A stretch of DNA of 64,000 nt from NCBI RefSeq assembly GCF_008831285.2, contig NC_045138.2:23870001-23934000 (forward strand), in the 5' to 3' direction. This stretch comes from Nymphaea colorata (taxonomy: Eukaryota). This document shows positions 39,166 to 53,635 of the stretch, piece by piece. Every line of letters begins with the position of its first letter. Within the stretch, counting starts at the first letter, position 1. The translations under genes and the position numbers were made by a program. Under the pieces are notes generated by a model. It was not told the origin of the DNA. It saw only the letters and a program-made list of their open reading frames with translations, and ran no database searches.

Positions 39166-39960
39166 TTTCTTATTTACGTCTCAATAATGTAAAGATAGAA
39201 TGTAGAATCCATTTTTCGGCTGTCACCACTAAATAATTGCCAACCAAACCTCCGTAGCAATTTTCCTCACAGATTTCCAAAGAAGGCGACAAAAATTGGT
39301 CGATTATTTCTTCGTCTGGCCATCATACTCAGGAACAGGGAAAAGATCCCAAAAAAAACAAAACACAAAGATATGGCAGTTTTGCTTCATGTCATGACAC
39401 ATTCCGGAGAAAGAGACAACCTCAAGCACCAGAACAAGCCGATGACAAAATCGTTCACTCTTCAAACCATTGCCTCCGAAACAAAATGCTTTGACGAGAG
39501 ATCCCCAAAGATCCACGCCATTAAGATTGAAGAAACAATCTCCATCCATTTAAACAGACAGAGAGAAAGAGATTCCCCGACATTTCCTACGAAGCGTAGA
39601 AAGGAAATGCAGGATGAAAGAGATCTTACTTTTAGTACTTTCCCAGAGAACAGCATGCAGACGCGGAAATGAAGATGACGGGGAGAAAAAAGAGAGAGGG
39701 AGTAAGAAGATGAGTCACGGGGAGACAGAGAGAGGCATTACTCGGACTACTTCCCAGAGCATATAGATACAGAAATGCAGAAAGAAAGAGATCGCCCCAG
39801 CAAGAGACCATACCTTTCCTAACGCCAAGAAAGCATCACAGATAAAAAAAGAAAAATCGAGAAGCGAGAGAGATCTTACTCTTCCCCAATGCAGAGAGGA
39901 ACAAGCCTTCCTCACGGGCGAGAGGGAACCGAGAGACACCAGAAAGACAGCGGGGGGTGA
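38889..39960 (-). other. Probable SMT1 5'-UTR intron and upstream CT-rich non-coding exon(s)
   Basis: CAG acceptor one base before the ATG (ATACAG|G ATG). Candidate donors GA|GTAAGA at 39879, AG|GTATGG at ~39813 and AA|GTAAGA at ~39629. Pyrimidine-rich leader on the minus strand. Confidence 0.55.
39116..39162. repeat. (GT)n microsatellite
   Basis: Directly visible. Confidence 0.95.
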
Positions 39961-40825
39961 GGTGGAAGCACATCCACTATGTGTTCATTTGTATGCGACA
40001 AAATTTCAACTCGTTCCAATTATTCCACGTTATTTTCACTGAGCCGCCAAACGTCATCTCTTATTGCGCACGGCTCCGAAACGTTTTCCTTTATTTATCA
40101 TATAACTTAAGGCAGTGCGTGCGTTGGATTGAGCTAAGCAGACCCAACCCAAAGCTCGACAAAATTAGGCTCAGACTGGCTCAAACCAATCCCGGCCCGC
40201 TCAGTTGTTGGGTCAGGTTCAACTGTACTCGGTTCGATACGTACCTTTACCTAAAACCTTAAGTTTCATCTTTTAATATTTCATATACAGTGTCAAGAAT
40301 TTTTAAATTTTTTTATTGAGCCAGTCTAAACATCAAGCAACCGGCATAAGCGGGAATCAAATCAAGCACTGACTACTCTTCAAGTACTACCAACAAGAGC
40401 CATAACTCATGAGGTGCTTTTAGGAACTCTGGCATGCAAAGGGACGGGGTTTATGAAAAAATAGAGAATTAGCGGGGGGCGTTAAGGTGATAATGCAAAT
40501 CCTAGCCGGCCTGAGAAAGTTACTTATTAAAAAGACGGCAATCGATGACGGGGACGGAAATAGACAAAAGTTGGGAAAGAGAAGTGAAGTTGGGGCACGT
40601 GGTCCGCGACAACGTGGAGCTTGTGGTAGTCCTGGCCCCTTGTTTAAAAAGGCTGGCAATCTGGTCCTCCCCTGACTGCCAAGAAAATTAATGGCCGTCT
40701 TGTCTGCGAATTGGTTGGATTCGCAGAGCAGAGCAAAACTCAAGTGTCACCATACTTGCGGACCTACCTCAAAGGTCATGTCGATGCATTTACTTGAATC
40801 TGGATTTGCAGTTATTGGCATTTAA

Positions 40826-41029
40826 GGGGGCGTTTGATATGCCCAAATCATCGTCTTTTATGTTCATTTTTTTAAGAAGTTAAAGAGTTATCAAACAACC
40901 AACATATTTTTTTTTTCAAATTAAAAAACTGAAAGTTGAAATTTTGATTTCATTCTCATTTTAAATAAAATTAGTTATGATTCTAAAAGTTTAGTTCTTA
41001 ATCAAAATTTCAAACCACCAAACGCTCCT
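40826..41029. mobile_element. Tourist-like (PIF/Harbinger) MITE upstream of SMT1
   Basis: Termini GGGGGCGTTTG / CAAACGCTCCT flanked by TTAA on both sides (TAA/TTA target). ~200 bp, AT-rich. Confidence 0.7.
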
Positions 41030-43778
41030 TTAATTTTGAACCGACATCGTAAATTTTGTACCTCTATTAAGAGTCATTGCTTAACTTTTGAGGTTTGGTA
41101 TAACGGTTGTGTGGCCTGTCCAACCTCTTTATGAGTTAAACCATTATTTTTCCCCTAGCATAAAATGGTTGTTTTATGTATTATGCAAAACTTTGGGATG
41201 CAAGAACAAAATAATTCTTTGCAGTGAAACAAAATATCTTCTTTTGTATTTTCAAAAAATGTTATTGTATTCCCTTCAATGGTGAACGAATCATTTGAAT
41301 CCGGTTGGTATCATCCCCCCAAAACAACATTCTTTCAAACCTTTCAACCAATCAAAATGATCTTCAAAAGAGGCTTTTGCGGTTTCTGAAAATTAGCTTT
41401 TGATATGAAACTTTAAGTATCGAGAGATGCTCTTGTTATTCTCAACAAGACTACTCGGTAACAAATAGCCTCTTCCAATCCTCTGTTGAAATTCTTATTT
41501 TCTGGCGGAAATTAAGTTAATGTGCGCGGCTTAAATGATCATCAGAGAGATACTGATTGTGGACGAAGGTAATCTGCCCCTGATTCCTCTATTGAAATAT
41601 GTGCCATCCAACTGTCAAAAATTTATGGCTTGGCTAATGCTTGTCACAAATGAATTCATTGGATGTTGTATTTGTACAAATTGAAGAGGACATGAGATGA
41701 TGGAGAGTTTTTGACCAATCCCCTTCTATCCCTGGGTCCGCCTTGATCAGGCCAACTGTGGGGCTCGGGAGGGGTGGAGGGGGTTGGGTGAGCGCAGGGA
41801 AAAAAAAATTATATTGAAAAAATGAAATTTTTTTAGTTTGACCCGACCTGTCACTCTTCTTGACCCGACCCAAAAACCGTTTGTCTCGCCCCTAAAAAAA
41901 CCCTTGGCTCCCTGCTGTAGTCCAACCTCTTTAGTGGGCTTCGGTCGATATAACTTGCATAAATGAAAAAGAAAACCAATTTAAAACATATTGGATGTTT
42001 GGGTCTCGTTATTGAATGGGTCCACATGTGAGTGGTTAGGACTAGTTATGCTTCAATTGTCCTCACATCCTAATGCTGGTATCCTATCAAGCCAAGTGTC
42101 ACACCCAAAATCTCACTCTATATTCATTTTTCTTTTAAATATATCAAGAATCAATGAACACAAAATGTTTGAGAATGTGACTAGCACACAATCAAATCAC
42201 AACAAACATGGAACACCTCTTTTGACTATTCATTCTTATTATCTACAAAACATATAAAGTATTTATATAATATAGACACGATGTCCTGATTTCATTTTCT
42301 TTTAAAACCCAACATTCACAAGAACAAAAAAGCAAGTAAACAAAAGAAATGACATGCCAACTCACAAAACACATCATCTACTGGTTGGTTAGATCTGTTG
42401 GGACCTGAAAAATAAAATGCTACAGAAGACTGAGTCTCCATAGTATGACAAATAACTAACCAAAATGTAGACATGGCAGGATGTATGCATTAAGTTATAT
42501 TTCAAAGCACTACAATACCCAATACGATAAATATGCTTACAATGAAGCATATTATATCATAGATTTATATCACATATCCCACATGTATGCAACTTTCAAA
42601 GTAAATTGACTAGTAGGATACAATCTCACAAAATCATAGGATTCAATACACTTAATCAGTTGCCCATTTGGTCATACTACTCTCGATTCATTATTTATTC
42701 GTTGAGAGTATGTTCGACTTATTTGATGAGGACAAACTTGATCCAACATTCATTTGATCATGATCCATTCAACCACAATTGCACTCATACCGTGTGCACT
42801 CGATCATTCATTCATTCAATCCCAATACACTTATTCACAATGCACTTGATCGATTGTTCATTAAATCATTTACTTAGTTACCATTCAATTAAATGATCAT
42901 TCATCAAAAATCACTCTAGCATATTACATTTGATCGACCATTGTTTCAATCTTTCAATCAAATTTATAGGGCCATACACAATGGGAGTGTTACCCACTCA
43001 AACAAACACGACATCATCTGATCAAGGTATTTCCATGATCAATTGCCTAGACCATTTGAAACACATAATCTTGTATGACTAGTGCGTATCAGATAATCAC
43101 ATAAGAATTTAATGTATCTACCCCTTAAATTGAAACCCCAAGATGTTCATTTTGTCCTCAATTCCCTTAATTATTAAACCAAGTGGTCTTGTCGGTTTTT
43201 ATCCATCTCATTTCCTGATCCTTTCACATTTTACCTTTAGATTATAGCTTACGTGGATGCAAACACAGGTATGCGCACACTTCGGGTGGAACTCATGGTC
43301 AGGAGAAACTCCCATGATGGCCATAAACATGATGGATCTAGACACGCTATAGTGGGATGGGAACCTGTTGGGAACTTGACCATAGTTTCTTGGCCTTCTA
43401 TAGAATAGGGAGGTTGGGAAGGCATAAGCCTATGCTCCACAAGGACATGCCACCATACAATATACCTGAGGCCTTACACTCCTACCCTCTGAGTAGGCTA
43501 GCCGATGGAAAAGATAGAGCACACACACACTGAGTGCGCCTCCATCTAGCCAACACAAATTTAGTATCTGATTAATTTTAAGTGATGGGCAAAGAAACAA
43601 ATATGTAGCCAGTGATTCAACTTGGTGCAAAACATTTCAATTAGCTCATCCACTATAAGTTCATTTACACTCATAATCATTTGAACAATAACTCACAATC
43701 AATTAGAGATGACACAAACAATCACACAATCAATTAGGGATCTATAATGGTCAGATGGTGCCCTAGTTGAGTCTCTAT

Positions 43779-43968
43779 TTATGTTAGCACAAATATATTG
43801 CCCTGTCAATTAGTGATTCATATGTTTGCTTCAATTTACGAACTCATATTCCCATTCCCACTAAATTATGCACTTATGTTAGCACAAAAATATTGCCCTA
43901 TCAATTAGTCATTGAGATGTTTGCTTCTATTTACAAACTCATATTCTCATTCCCACTAAATTCTGCAC
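43779..43968. repeat. Two diverged tandem copies of a 95-bp unit
   Basis: TTATGTTAGCACAAA..CCCACTAAATT(A/C)TGCAC at 43779 and 43874. Confidence 0.85.
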
Positions 43969-45572
43969 CTAGGCAAGTGAATCTAACTTGTTATGTGTAC
44001 ATTAAGTTCACCTAACCTAGTTGTATTCATTATGCAGTAAGTTCATTAATTGTTCAATTCTATTTCAATAGAGCTCATTTTCATTATAGTAAAATCACTG
44101 ATAGTAAAAAGATTCACTTTGATATTCTTTTCTTTTTTCAATTAATCCCAACTACAGAGAGTATTCTCCATCTATGGGCAACCAAGTTGTTTTATACAAT
44201 TAAAATTATACGATGCTCTCTAATACATCAATTCATACTCGAGGAGCCATGCTCAACTCATAGACACTCTTACAACTGGCTTAAGTAGATAACCATTTAG
44301 TATGTGCAGACATCAAACTACTCATTACAATCATATATATCAATTTAATATCAATAATTACACCCAGACCACTTTATCTAATGTCAAACATGATAAAGTA
44401 CAATTATGCATGTGATTTATTAAGGTCAAAATAGGGTCATAATTGGACTGGGTTAAAAGCCAAACCTATGATGCACTTTTGTCCAACCAAAATAATATTT
44501 ATTTTTTAACACTTCTGCTAACGGTCGCTAGTCTCTTCTCTATTGCTGAAACTGCCACCACTACCTTTTCTTTTGCGCCCATCACAATTGTTATAGAAAA
44601 ATATATTTTTTACTTAGTAAGTCATCAAATCTATCATAAGTCTTGACATGGCTCTTATGTGATGTTGGCATTCAAATGATGCATAATTAGTCTTTTGATA
44701 TTTTTGTCTCTAACTATAGTGGGTAAGAAACAAAGGTAACAAGCACTCAAATCAATGGAGAAGATTACACCAATGCCACACTTAATCAAGTCTTATTGTT
44801 CATGTGATGTGTAGCCTTCCTTATTCTATTGCTTGTTGCAGACTTGTGGTTGTTTGCCCAGAGTTCCTTTTGCAAATTGCTTCCATTTGCACGTGATATT
44901 GTAAAGAATCCAAATTTTTTGCTATGGACAATGACTATTTTACCCTTCATAATATGAATTTTGAAGTGGCTTTCTAAAAAAGCATTTTGAACTATAGGGG
45001 CCGTTCACCTAGACAAAGATTAAACCCATTCCATTTAGGCACCTAACAGTTAGAACCTATGGATACTAGAGTCACCTAAGTCACTACCACCTTGCCAAAT
45101 GACCTTGTCCCTAAACATCGAAAAACTTCTAAAACTTTGAGAATTGTATAAAACCGGCTCAACTATGTAATTCTCACATTTACAAGGCTTTGGAATGCTA
45201 TTGAGTATTACTTAGCTCAAAATGGCTCATTCTAACCCAAGCCATCTCACTAAACCAGAACCCCTGCTAATTACAATCACTATGACCTTATCGGACCTGG
45301 CTGAGCTTAACCTTGGATCACCCCAACACAACCTAAGTATAACTTGAGTTGCTTTCAATTCTATAATGCAGATGTCAATTCTAGATTGAGCTGTCTGAAA
45401 ACACTATGTCACTCTCACCTATTCGATAGGATCTAAGCTCAAGTTGAGCTTAACTAGAGGTAGTCAGCTCGTGCAGCTAAGATCATGTTCTTTAGTGTTG
45501 AATCTAAGTATTCTTATATCAGCTTGAGTTCTCCCTTCCTGAATTGAGCTCAATTGCATTTTTATAGATGTA

Positions 45573-45663
<91 letters not shown>
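45573..45663. repeat. Compound (GT)n(AT)n microsatellite
   Basis: Directly visible. Confidence 0.95.
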
Positions 45664-45666
<3 letters not shown>

Positions 45667-48600
45667 GTTAATAGTAGTATAAGCGAAAATAGGTGGCTCG
45701 GCAACCATGAAGCACACAACAAAAATGTTGCTCGTTGTATTCATTTAGACTAGATTGTTGTGAAAGTAAGAGATTAGAATGGATTCATCATATGAGTAAA
45801 ATGTGATTGAGTAGAATGAATCAAGAGGTTGGGTGTTGTTACTTCAATGGCTCCTATACATTGGCATCATGGTATTGCCCATTTGTAAATAGAGCTTCCA
45901 CACCAGCTAATTCTAGAGGTAAGTTGTGGGCATTATGTTAGTGCATAAATTTCGTACGGGGCTTAGCATGATTAATAATATTAGACCAAATGTTAATATG
46001 GGTTGTCTGATGATGCGGTTTTGGATATAGATACAATTTTACAATACAATTCAATTACAATACTTGTTCATATATATAAAATTAAACAACCTATTGCAAT
46101 ACAAAGTGAAACCATGCACCAGTTATATTTTTATTAGATTTTACAAGTGGTGAGTTTGAGTCAAACTCTGGGGACAATAATTGAATATCATGACTTATAT
46201 AATCAAGGCAGCAAATTTAAGACGAATCAAGAGAGAACAAACACAAAAATAACTCAATTGAAGTACTTGTATTACACGAAATTAAAAGTTCACAAGATAA
46301 TTCAATGCTCAATAGTGTTGCATGGACTCTTTTCTCTATCACACAAATGTCCTTAAAATACAACAAAGTTGTAGTACAAGAAATTAAAATCCAAAATCTA
46401 AAACAACGGTGGCTCTCTTGATGATGTTTGATGGCTCAATCTTCAATGGCACCTCCAATCTCTAAAAAGGACAATTCTTCATCCTCCTTGATGAGTCTTG
46501 CTTTTCTTTTGATGGCTGATGAAGGAAGTTTCAACTGCTCAACAAGTTGGACCACAAAGTGGTAGCAATACAAGGCTGCCAAAACACAAGAATAAAACAT
46601 CTCATGTATATGCATGTGTATGCTAACCGGTTTTCAACGCAAAAAAAAAAAACAACCAGCTTTTAGTGTCTTTTATGTCAAAAACGTCTAAACTTAGTTA
46701 ATGTCTGCTAACCCAAATCTATACTACTTCGATTGCATTTTATGCGTGAACTCAAAATTTCATAACCCACTAATGTAGGTTGCTAGAATACAAATAATCT
46801 TAAAACTAACAACTAAAGACTACAAATTAGAAATTTCAAAATCTAAACTACCAAACTAGCACAAGAAATGCACCAAAATAACAAACGTTCACTGTGCACT
46901 TTCTCTCTCTAGAACAACTCTTATTTAAAAACTAGGTGTATCGACTAATTAATAACTAGTTTTCATCTAAAAATATGTTTTAACAAAATATAACTATTTG
47001 TCATACTAAACTACACTATAAACTACATAAAATACAGTCAAAATCTTAACACAAAATTTCTCTCTCTAGAATGTAGAAAATAATAAAAAACAGTATATTT
47101 TAAATTAACTACAACTAGCTACTAAAAACATGTATGCACCTAAAAATGACTTTAAGATCAAGATAAATATTTACTATAATTATGAAAATAAGATTTTAAA
47201 TTAAATGTCACAATTAACGCCTGCAAAAAGGCCTACTAACAGACATACTTCCAAACTGCTGTAAATAGAAAAATGTCCAAATCTAGATGGCTACATACTT
47301 GAAACCAAATATAAATATTAACTTTAACATGAGATTACTCTACAAATCAATAAATTCAGAAAGTTAACTATATAAGTTATAAAATGACAACAGAAACTAT
47401 CTTAATCTTAATAAACAATTAAGGAGACTATGCTATGAATCTGAAATTGCAGTAAGGAACAGTCTACAAGTCAAAATTGAGTATTTCTAATGAATTAAAA
47501 CTAACTTTTACTTAAAAACTAATCTAAATAACAGATAATTATCTAATTTACGGACCTATAGCAGAAATTGAAGTAAAACATGCTAAGAAACATGATAAAA
47601 TACACATACAACACACTTAGACCAGAAAATATAGGCACTACAATTCAAGGTATTAGACTAGCTATAAATGACAATATAACAATTATATTTCTATCGAAAA
47701 CTAATATAATTGAAAGATAACTATTTAGCCTACCATTCTACAATAGAAACTGCAGCCAAAATATATAAAATTAGAAAAATATAGTATGTAATAGCGCACA
47801 CAATTAAATTGAGCATACATCATTACATCTAACTAGGATACATCTAAAAATGAATCAAAATGCAAGACAACAAAAAAAACAAGAACTTGAAGTAAACATA
47901 ACAGTTAACGACTAGAAATTAATTCGATATTAATTGGAAACCTATATAAATGACTAGTGAAAACATAAAATTAAATGCCATTAACACCTAAAGTCTATCG
48001 ACTTTAACTAGTTGAACAGTAGTATAACCATAGTCTCTACCTAAGACATGCTAAAACAGACTAAATTCATGCTTGACAATTTGAAATGAAAAAAAACTAC
48101 ATCACAAGAGCTGCTGTCCTTGACCAACAAGCTCCGCCTAGATAAAGAGGCTATCCATGACTCCTAAAAACAACTCCTACGTCTAACAACTATTTTTAGA
48201 GAGACTCACTAATTCTTAACAAAACAAAAGTATACAAAGATGTTTTAGATATGCTGCAACAAAAAATAGCAAAAAGCTAAAGACTAAATGTTGAAGAACA
48301 CGAAAAGTGGCTGCGCACGATGGAAAAACATCGAGTATGATGTATAGTTCTAAGCTACTTGACATCTTTGTGAAGAATGCATACACAAATCACTAAAATA
48401 CTCAATGCATACACGATCTAGGCAACCCAAACATTGACTTAACAAAAAAATAACTAGTGTCTAATCCTAAAGCTTTATGGCTGAAAATCAAGAAAAAGTG
48501 TCTAATCTATGATACATCAAACAATAAATGGAGAAGACCTACCTAAAATTGTGCATTTTCAACACAGACATTATTTTTTCATAAACCTAAGTTAGGATAA

Positions 48601-48884
48601 TTCATACACTCAGATTGAGTGTAGTAGGTTAGGCCTATGCTCATGTTGAGCATGCTTTGGATTGAGAATTGAACCCAATTGAGTTGAACTAAACTTGAAC
48701 TGAGTCAGCTTGATTGAATTCAGTTGAACCTGCAATCTAGACTGAACTTGGAGCTGGTCCTACCCTAAGTTAAGTTGATCACATTGAGCCCGCACCTACC
48801 TAGCCTAGAATGATCTAGGTTAGGGTATGTCTAGTCTTAGATCTTTAGTCCAGTTCCTATTTCCAAATTTTTGAATTCAGATCA

Positions 48885-49680
48885 TAGATCCAAATCAAGT
48901 ATCATACCCAGATTTATTTTCTGGAACTTTCTCTAGGTCCAGATCTTGCTCTAGATCTTATAATTAGAACTTGGTGGACAATTCCATAATAGCACCAAAT
49001 ATATGTGCATTATAATGCTTATTTCATAAAATTCTGCAGCAAAATATCTCTCTCAAATTTGTCTTATTCAGAACTTGCTAGTAGAAACCATCTCACATGG
49101 ACTATTAAAAACTCTCTAGAGAGCAGTCTGCATCAATCAAAATCAATTTTAGATCCAAATCAAGTATCATATCCAGATTTATTTTCTAGAACTTTCTCTA
49201 TATCCAGATCTTGCTCTAGATCTTATAATTAGAACTTGGTGGACAATTCCATAATAGCGCCAAATATATGTGCATTATAATGCTTATTTCATAAAATTCT
49301 GCAGCAAAATATCTCTCTCAAATCTGTCTTATTCAGAACTTGCTAGTAGAAACCATCTCACATGGACTATTAAAAACTCTCTAGAGAGCAGTCTGCTTCA
49401 ATCAAAATCAATTTTAGATCCAAATCAAGTATCATATCCAGATTTATTTTCTAGAACTTTCTCTATATCCAGATCTTGCTCTAGATCTTATAATTAGAAC
49501 TTGGTGGACAATTCCATAATAGCGCCAAATATATGTGCATTATAATGCTTATTTCATAAAATTCTACAGCAAAATATCTCTCTCAAATCTGTCTTATTCA
49601 GAACTTGCTAGTAGAAACCATCTCACATGGGCTATTAAAAACTCTCTAGAGAGCAGTCTGCTTCAATCAAAATCAATTTT
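48885..49680. repeat. Three near-identical tandem copies of a 265-bp unit
   Basis: TAGATCCAAATCAAGTATC begins at 48885, 49150 and 49415. This explains the duplicate ORFs at 49005 and 49270. Confidence 0.96.
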
Positions 49681-51714
49681 GATGCATGATTGAGTCCATA
49701 ACGAACGTACATCTGTTTCATGTTTGCAAATCACACATTTTAATAACATTTTCAACTCAATATCGTGCAACATGATAAGGGACAAGTTTCAATGCCCAAA
49801 ATTATGTCCAAAGGAGAAATTCTCTCCCTGGCACAACTATAAAAAGGGTGTCATCCCTGCCTCTAGCCTATGACCATAAGAGCTGCTAAAGAGTATAACA
49901 AATTTGGTGAAAATCCAAACAAGTACTCAACATTTGGGCTTAGTTTCCTAGTTCAAGAACACAAGCACGCGGGCTTATAAGTACAAAAGCATTTAAGCTC
50001 ATACACTTTGGTGCATATATTTCACAATTCGGTACATAGAACCTGCACTTAGGTGCATAGAACTAATACTTAGGTGCACATGACTTGTGAAATAGCACAC
50101 TTAACTTTCAAGGATTTTCACAACTTACCATTTGATCAAAATTTCTTCTAAGTTATCATGCTTTGTGCCTTGGTCGAGCAAACATCAGTGTCATTCTAAT
50201 ACATTTTAAATGAAAAGCCATTCTTAATTACTGATTGATAGCAATCAAATAATGAAAATCTCAATAGGACCATAGGGAGCAGGGGTGAAGAGAGGATTTT
50301 TTTTCAGGAGAGGGTTAAACGGTTCAACAAACTTATACAAGTAGGGTCAAACTAAACTCGAATCCAAAAATTACATTAGGGCGTAAGCTATGAGAAGCTA
50401 TTCAATGAAATTGAGAGAGACAAAGTTTAAGAAATGTCACTAACTTCAATAACCAAATAGGGCATAGGCTTAATAGAATCTGTTTGAGAACAAACATCTA
50501 AACTAACTTGACCAAATACGCAATGCATTGCAAAATGAGTGCTGAGAGAGGGGCTGGGGACAAGTGTATTTATTTATCCAAGTCACCAATCTAGAGTGCC
50601 AATTTGACATAAAGGTGATTTGCATTCATTACATAAAGATTGGAATGCATGAACAATTTTCTTAGTGGGAACTCGAGATAAGATGGACAAAGCCACACAG
50701 AACTACCAAAGTTGTGGGGCTTCACAGTAACTTGTGGGTTGGTGAGGTATTTTCCTTAAATGTGAAGGTTGACTTGAAGGAAAGAAATCAAAAGCTGAAA
50801 AGAAAGGAGCCAATATGGCCAAACAAAGGAAAAAAAAGAAAGAAAAAGGAACAATCAGAACACAAGAGTAGGAGGGTGTCTGCCTGAGAAACAAAAGCCT
50901 TTCAGATCAATAGGAGCTTACAAAGTACTGTAGTGTTTCCTATGATTATGAAGCAATTGAGATAATGTATGCTCATCTATGAGATTCTTCATGACATTGA
51001 GAATGATTATTCTAAGCTTATGTTTTGGAAACGGAAAGAAATCCATTCTAGAGAGCTTGATAACGTTAATTAGGAAAAATACTAGCTGTCGAAAGGGTTT
51101 AGATCACATGTATGTGTCTCTATAGAGTACTAAATTTGGAGTCCTTGAAGCTTTTCATCATAAGATAAACTTTTACCAACAAATTTTATGAAATTCATCC
51201 CAAGTAAGGGCATTTTTTGAACAATATTTGGATCGAAATCTCATAACAAGAAATTCTTACAAGGTCGCACCAGTGTCGACATTGAATCATCTTTTATTTT
51301 TTGGGCATCAAAGGTTACGTCTCCCATGACAAGAACTTCATGACGTTCATATATTGTCAAAATCAAGAACATTCCATTACAGTGGGGCGTTTTATTATTT
51401 TCTTTTGCAAATTTGGTGTGTTCTGTTTCGCCGCTAAGCACAGTTTTTATCGGCTTAGTTGCAAAGAGGTGCGTCTATAAACACCCCAAAGTCTTCGTAC
51501 GGCCAAATGAATCATATGAGCCGTCCACCCGGACCAAGGGAAATAAAGCCACCACTACATTGATAAATGACTATTTTGCCCCTGAACTTTATCATCTTTG
51601 TTTCTAAACCTACCTTTGCCTCTAAACCTTGGGAAACTTCCAAAACTCCAGGATTGCCTAAGATCAATTCAATTAGAGTATTCTCATCTTTATCTTTACA
51701 ATAAGCCTGCATCG

Positions 51715-53635
51715 TGCCGGCCCAGCCTAGTTCTAGAATTAAAATCCTGAGCCCAAGCCCGGTTTGGGCCCGACTTGATTAAATTAAAAATATATTTTTA
51801 ATATAAATAATATATAGATATAATTAATCGTAATAAATTAGTATGATTATTTATAAATATTAACAAAGTGAATATTATTTTTTTTATTGGCCCACCCGAA
51901 TTTATTGGGCGGGCTTGATGCCCTTTTTTCGGGGCCCAGGTCGGGCCAGGTACTCGGTACCCACCAGTGACTCGGCCCAGTACCACCGAGGCTTACTTTA
52001 CGACGAGTGAAGGCAGTTTGACTACACTAGCCTTCCAAAGTTAGTTTAATATTATGTTAATGTTTGGATTTATTGTTGGTTTACATATATAAGTGCCCCA
52101 AACAAATTACAGATATTAAATGAATGCCCCCGACAAAAAAAAATTCTGGCTCCGCTAGTGTGCAACGACCCCCTTATGCTGCAAAAGGAGTGGCGAGGGA
52201 AGAGCCAAACCGGCCTATGCTGGCCATGCAGCAAGGGATGCATTGCTTGGCTAATGATGGCCAGGCAAGTGATATAGCAGCTTGATTGCACATAGCCAAC
52301 AAGCAGCCACATTGCTTCTCAGCTTGGTGTTAGGTGGGCAAGCGACATCGGTGTAGAAAATGACCGGTCAGCTTGGTGCTGATGGGTCTTCGACTCTTCC
52401 CACTTGGAGTTAGAGTGGATCTAATATTGCGGACTGATCTAGTTTGAAATCCAGCTCTGGATTAGAGTTGAAGTTGGCAGACAATGGGGCACCCCACGAC
52501 GCAATCGGTAGCTTTATCTTCCAAGTATCGAGCCCGGGTCGGCCTGACGGGGTCCAATTCGGTCCGATAAGTTATTTAATATTATTTTTATTTTATTAAT
52601 AATATATATTGTTAAAATATATTTTATATTTTTAAAATATATTTTTTAAATTTTAACTGGGCCATGCCGGGCTGGCCAGATGGCCAAGCCTATGTGCAAG
52701 CAATAAAGGCTGATGCAGGCCAATACGGGTGCCTGGCTGGGTCCTATATTACCCAATCGGCCAACACTATGTCCAGGGGCACAGAGCCAGGAACTTTTTT
52801 TTTTTCAAAGGGCATAGCATTTTCAGAATTTATAGAGGGGCCAAACAATATTTTTTAAAAATTTTATATATGCAAAGTTAAAAACTTTAAAAAATATAAA
52901 AATATATTTTTTTTCCAAAATGTGAGAGAGGACTATGGCCCACACCTGCCCCTTTCCCTCGGCCCCGGTCCATGTTAAGGCCTTGTTGCGTATGTTATGG
53001 CTAAAGGGCCAAACCATCCCCGGCAACTAGGCATGTCGATGGATTGGATTTGAATCAGATATCTTTTTTTAATTGTTTTAAGAAAATTGGATATGGTAAA
53101 AACTTTAACATCTAAATAAAAAATGGAATTGGATTCGGCTTTAAGAGATGATATCTGATCAAATTTGGATCTGAATTCTGTTTTAAGTAAATATCTGATT
53201 GTATGACAAATTTCTTAGCATGGATATTCACATTCAAATTTGGATATCTGAATCTGGAAGCACGAAATAATGTATGAATCTGGAAGCATAAGATAATATC
53301 CGAATCCAAAGACACCCATCTCAATTCGAAGAATCGGAATCCAAAACCGTTAATCCAAATCCACCCAAACTGATTGTCTTTTGGAGTGCTGCTATGGGTT
53401 TTGAACCTGCAACCTTTAACATGGATATTCAAATCGAAATTTAGATATCCAAATCTGGAAGCATGAAATAATATCCGAATCAGGAAGCATAAGACAATAT
53501 CTGAACCGAAAGATGCCAATTTGAATCCAAATTTACCCACCTGAATTTGAAGAATCCGAGAGTCCAAAACCGTGAATCCGAATCCCCCCGAACTGATTGT
53601 CTTTTGAAGGGCTGCTATGGGTTTTGAACCTGCAC
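51715..53635. mobile_element. Cluster of MITE / non-autonomous DNA-transposon remnants, including a ~200-bp diverged duplication at 53219-53633
   Basis: GC-rich GGCCCG/CGGGCC-repeat ends around AT-rich cores (51715-51985, 52530-52760). CAGGGGC..GAGCCAG-type element at ~52775-52975. GGATAT/GAATCC-repeat element from ~53028. Exact boundaries and TSDs not resolved. Confidence 0.45.

Noticed and set aside
45519..45744. IY/TH-repeat ORFs
   Set aside because: Translation of a microsatellite.
49005..49497. Two near-identical 75-aa ORFs
   Set aside because: By-product of the 265-bp tandem repeat; no recognisable domain.
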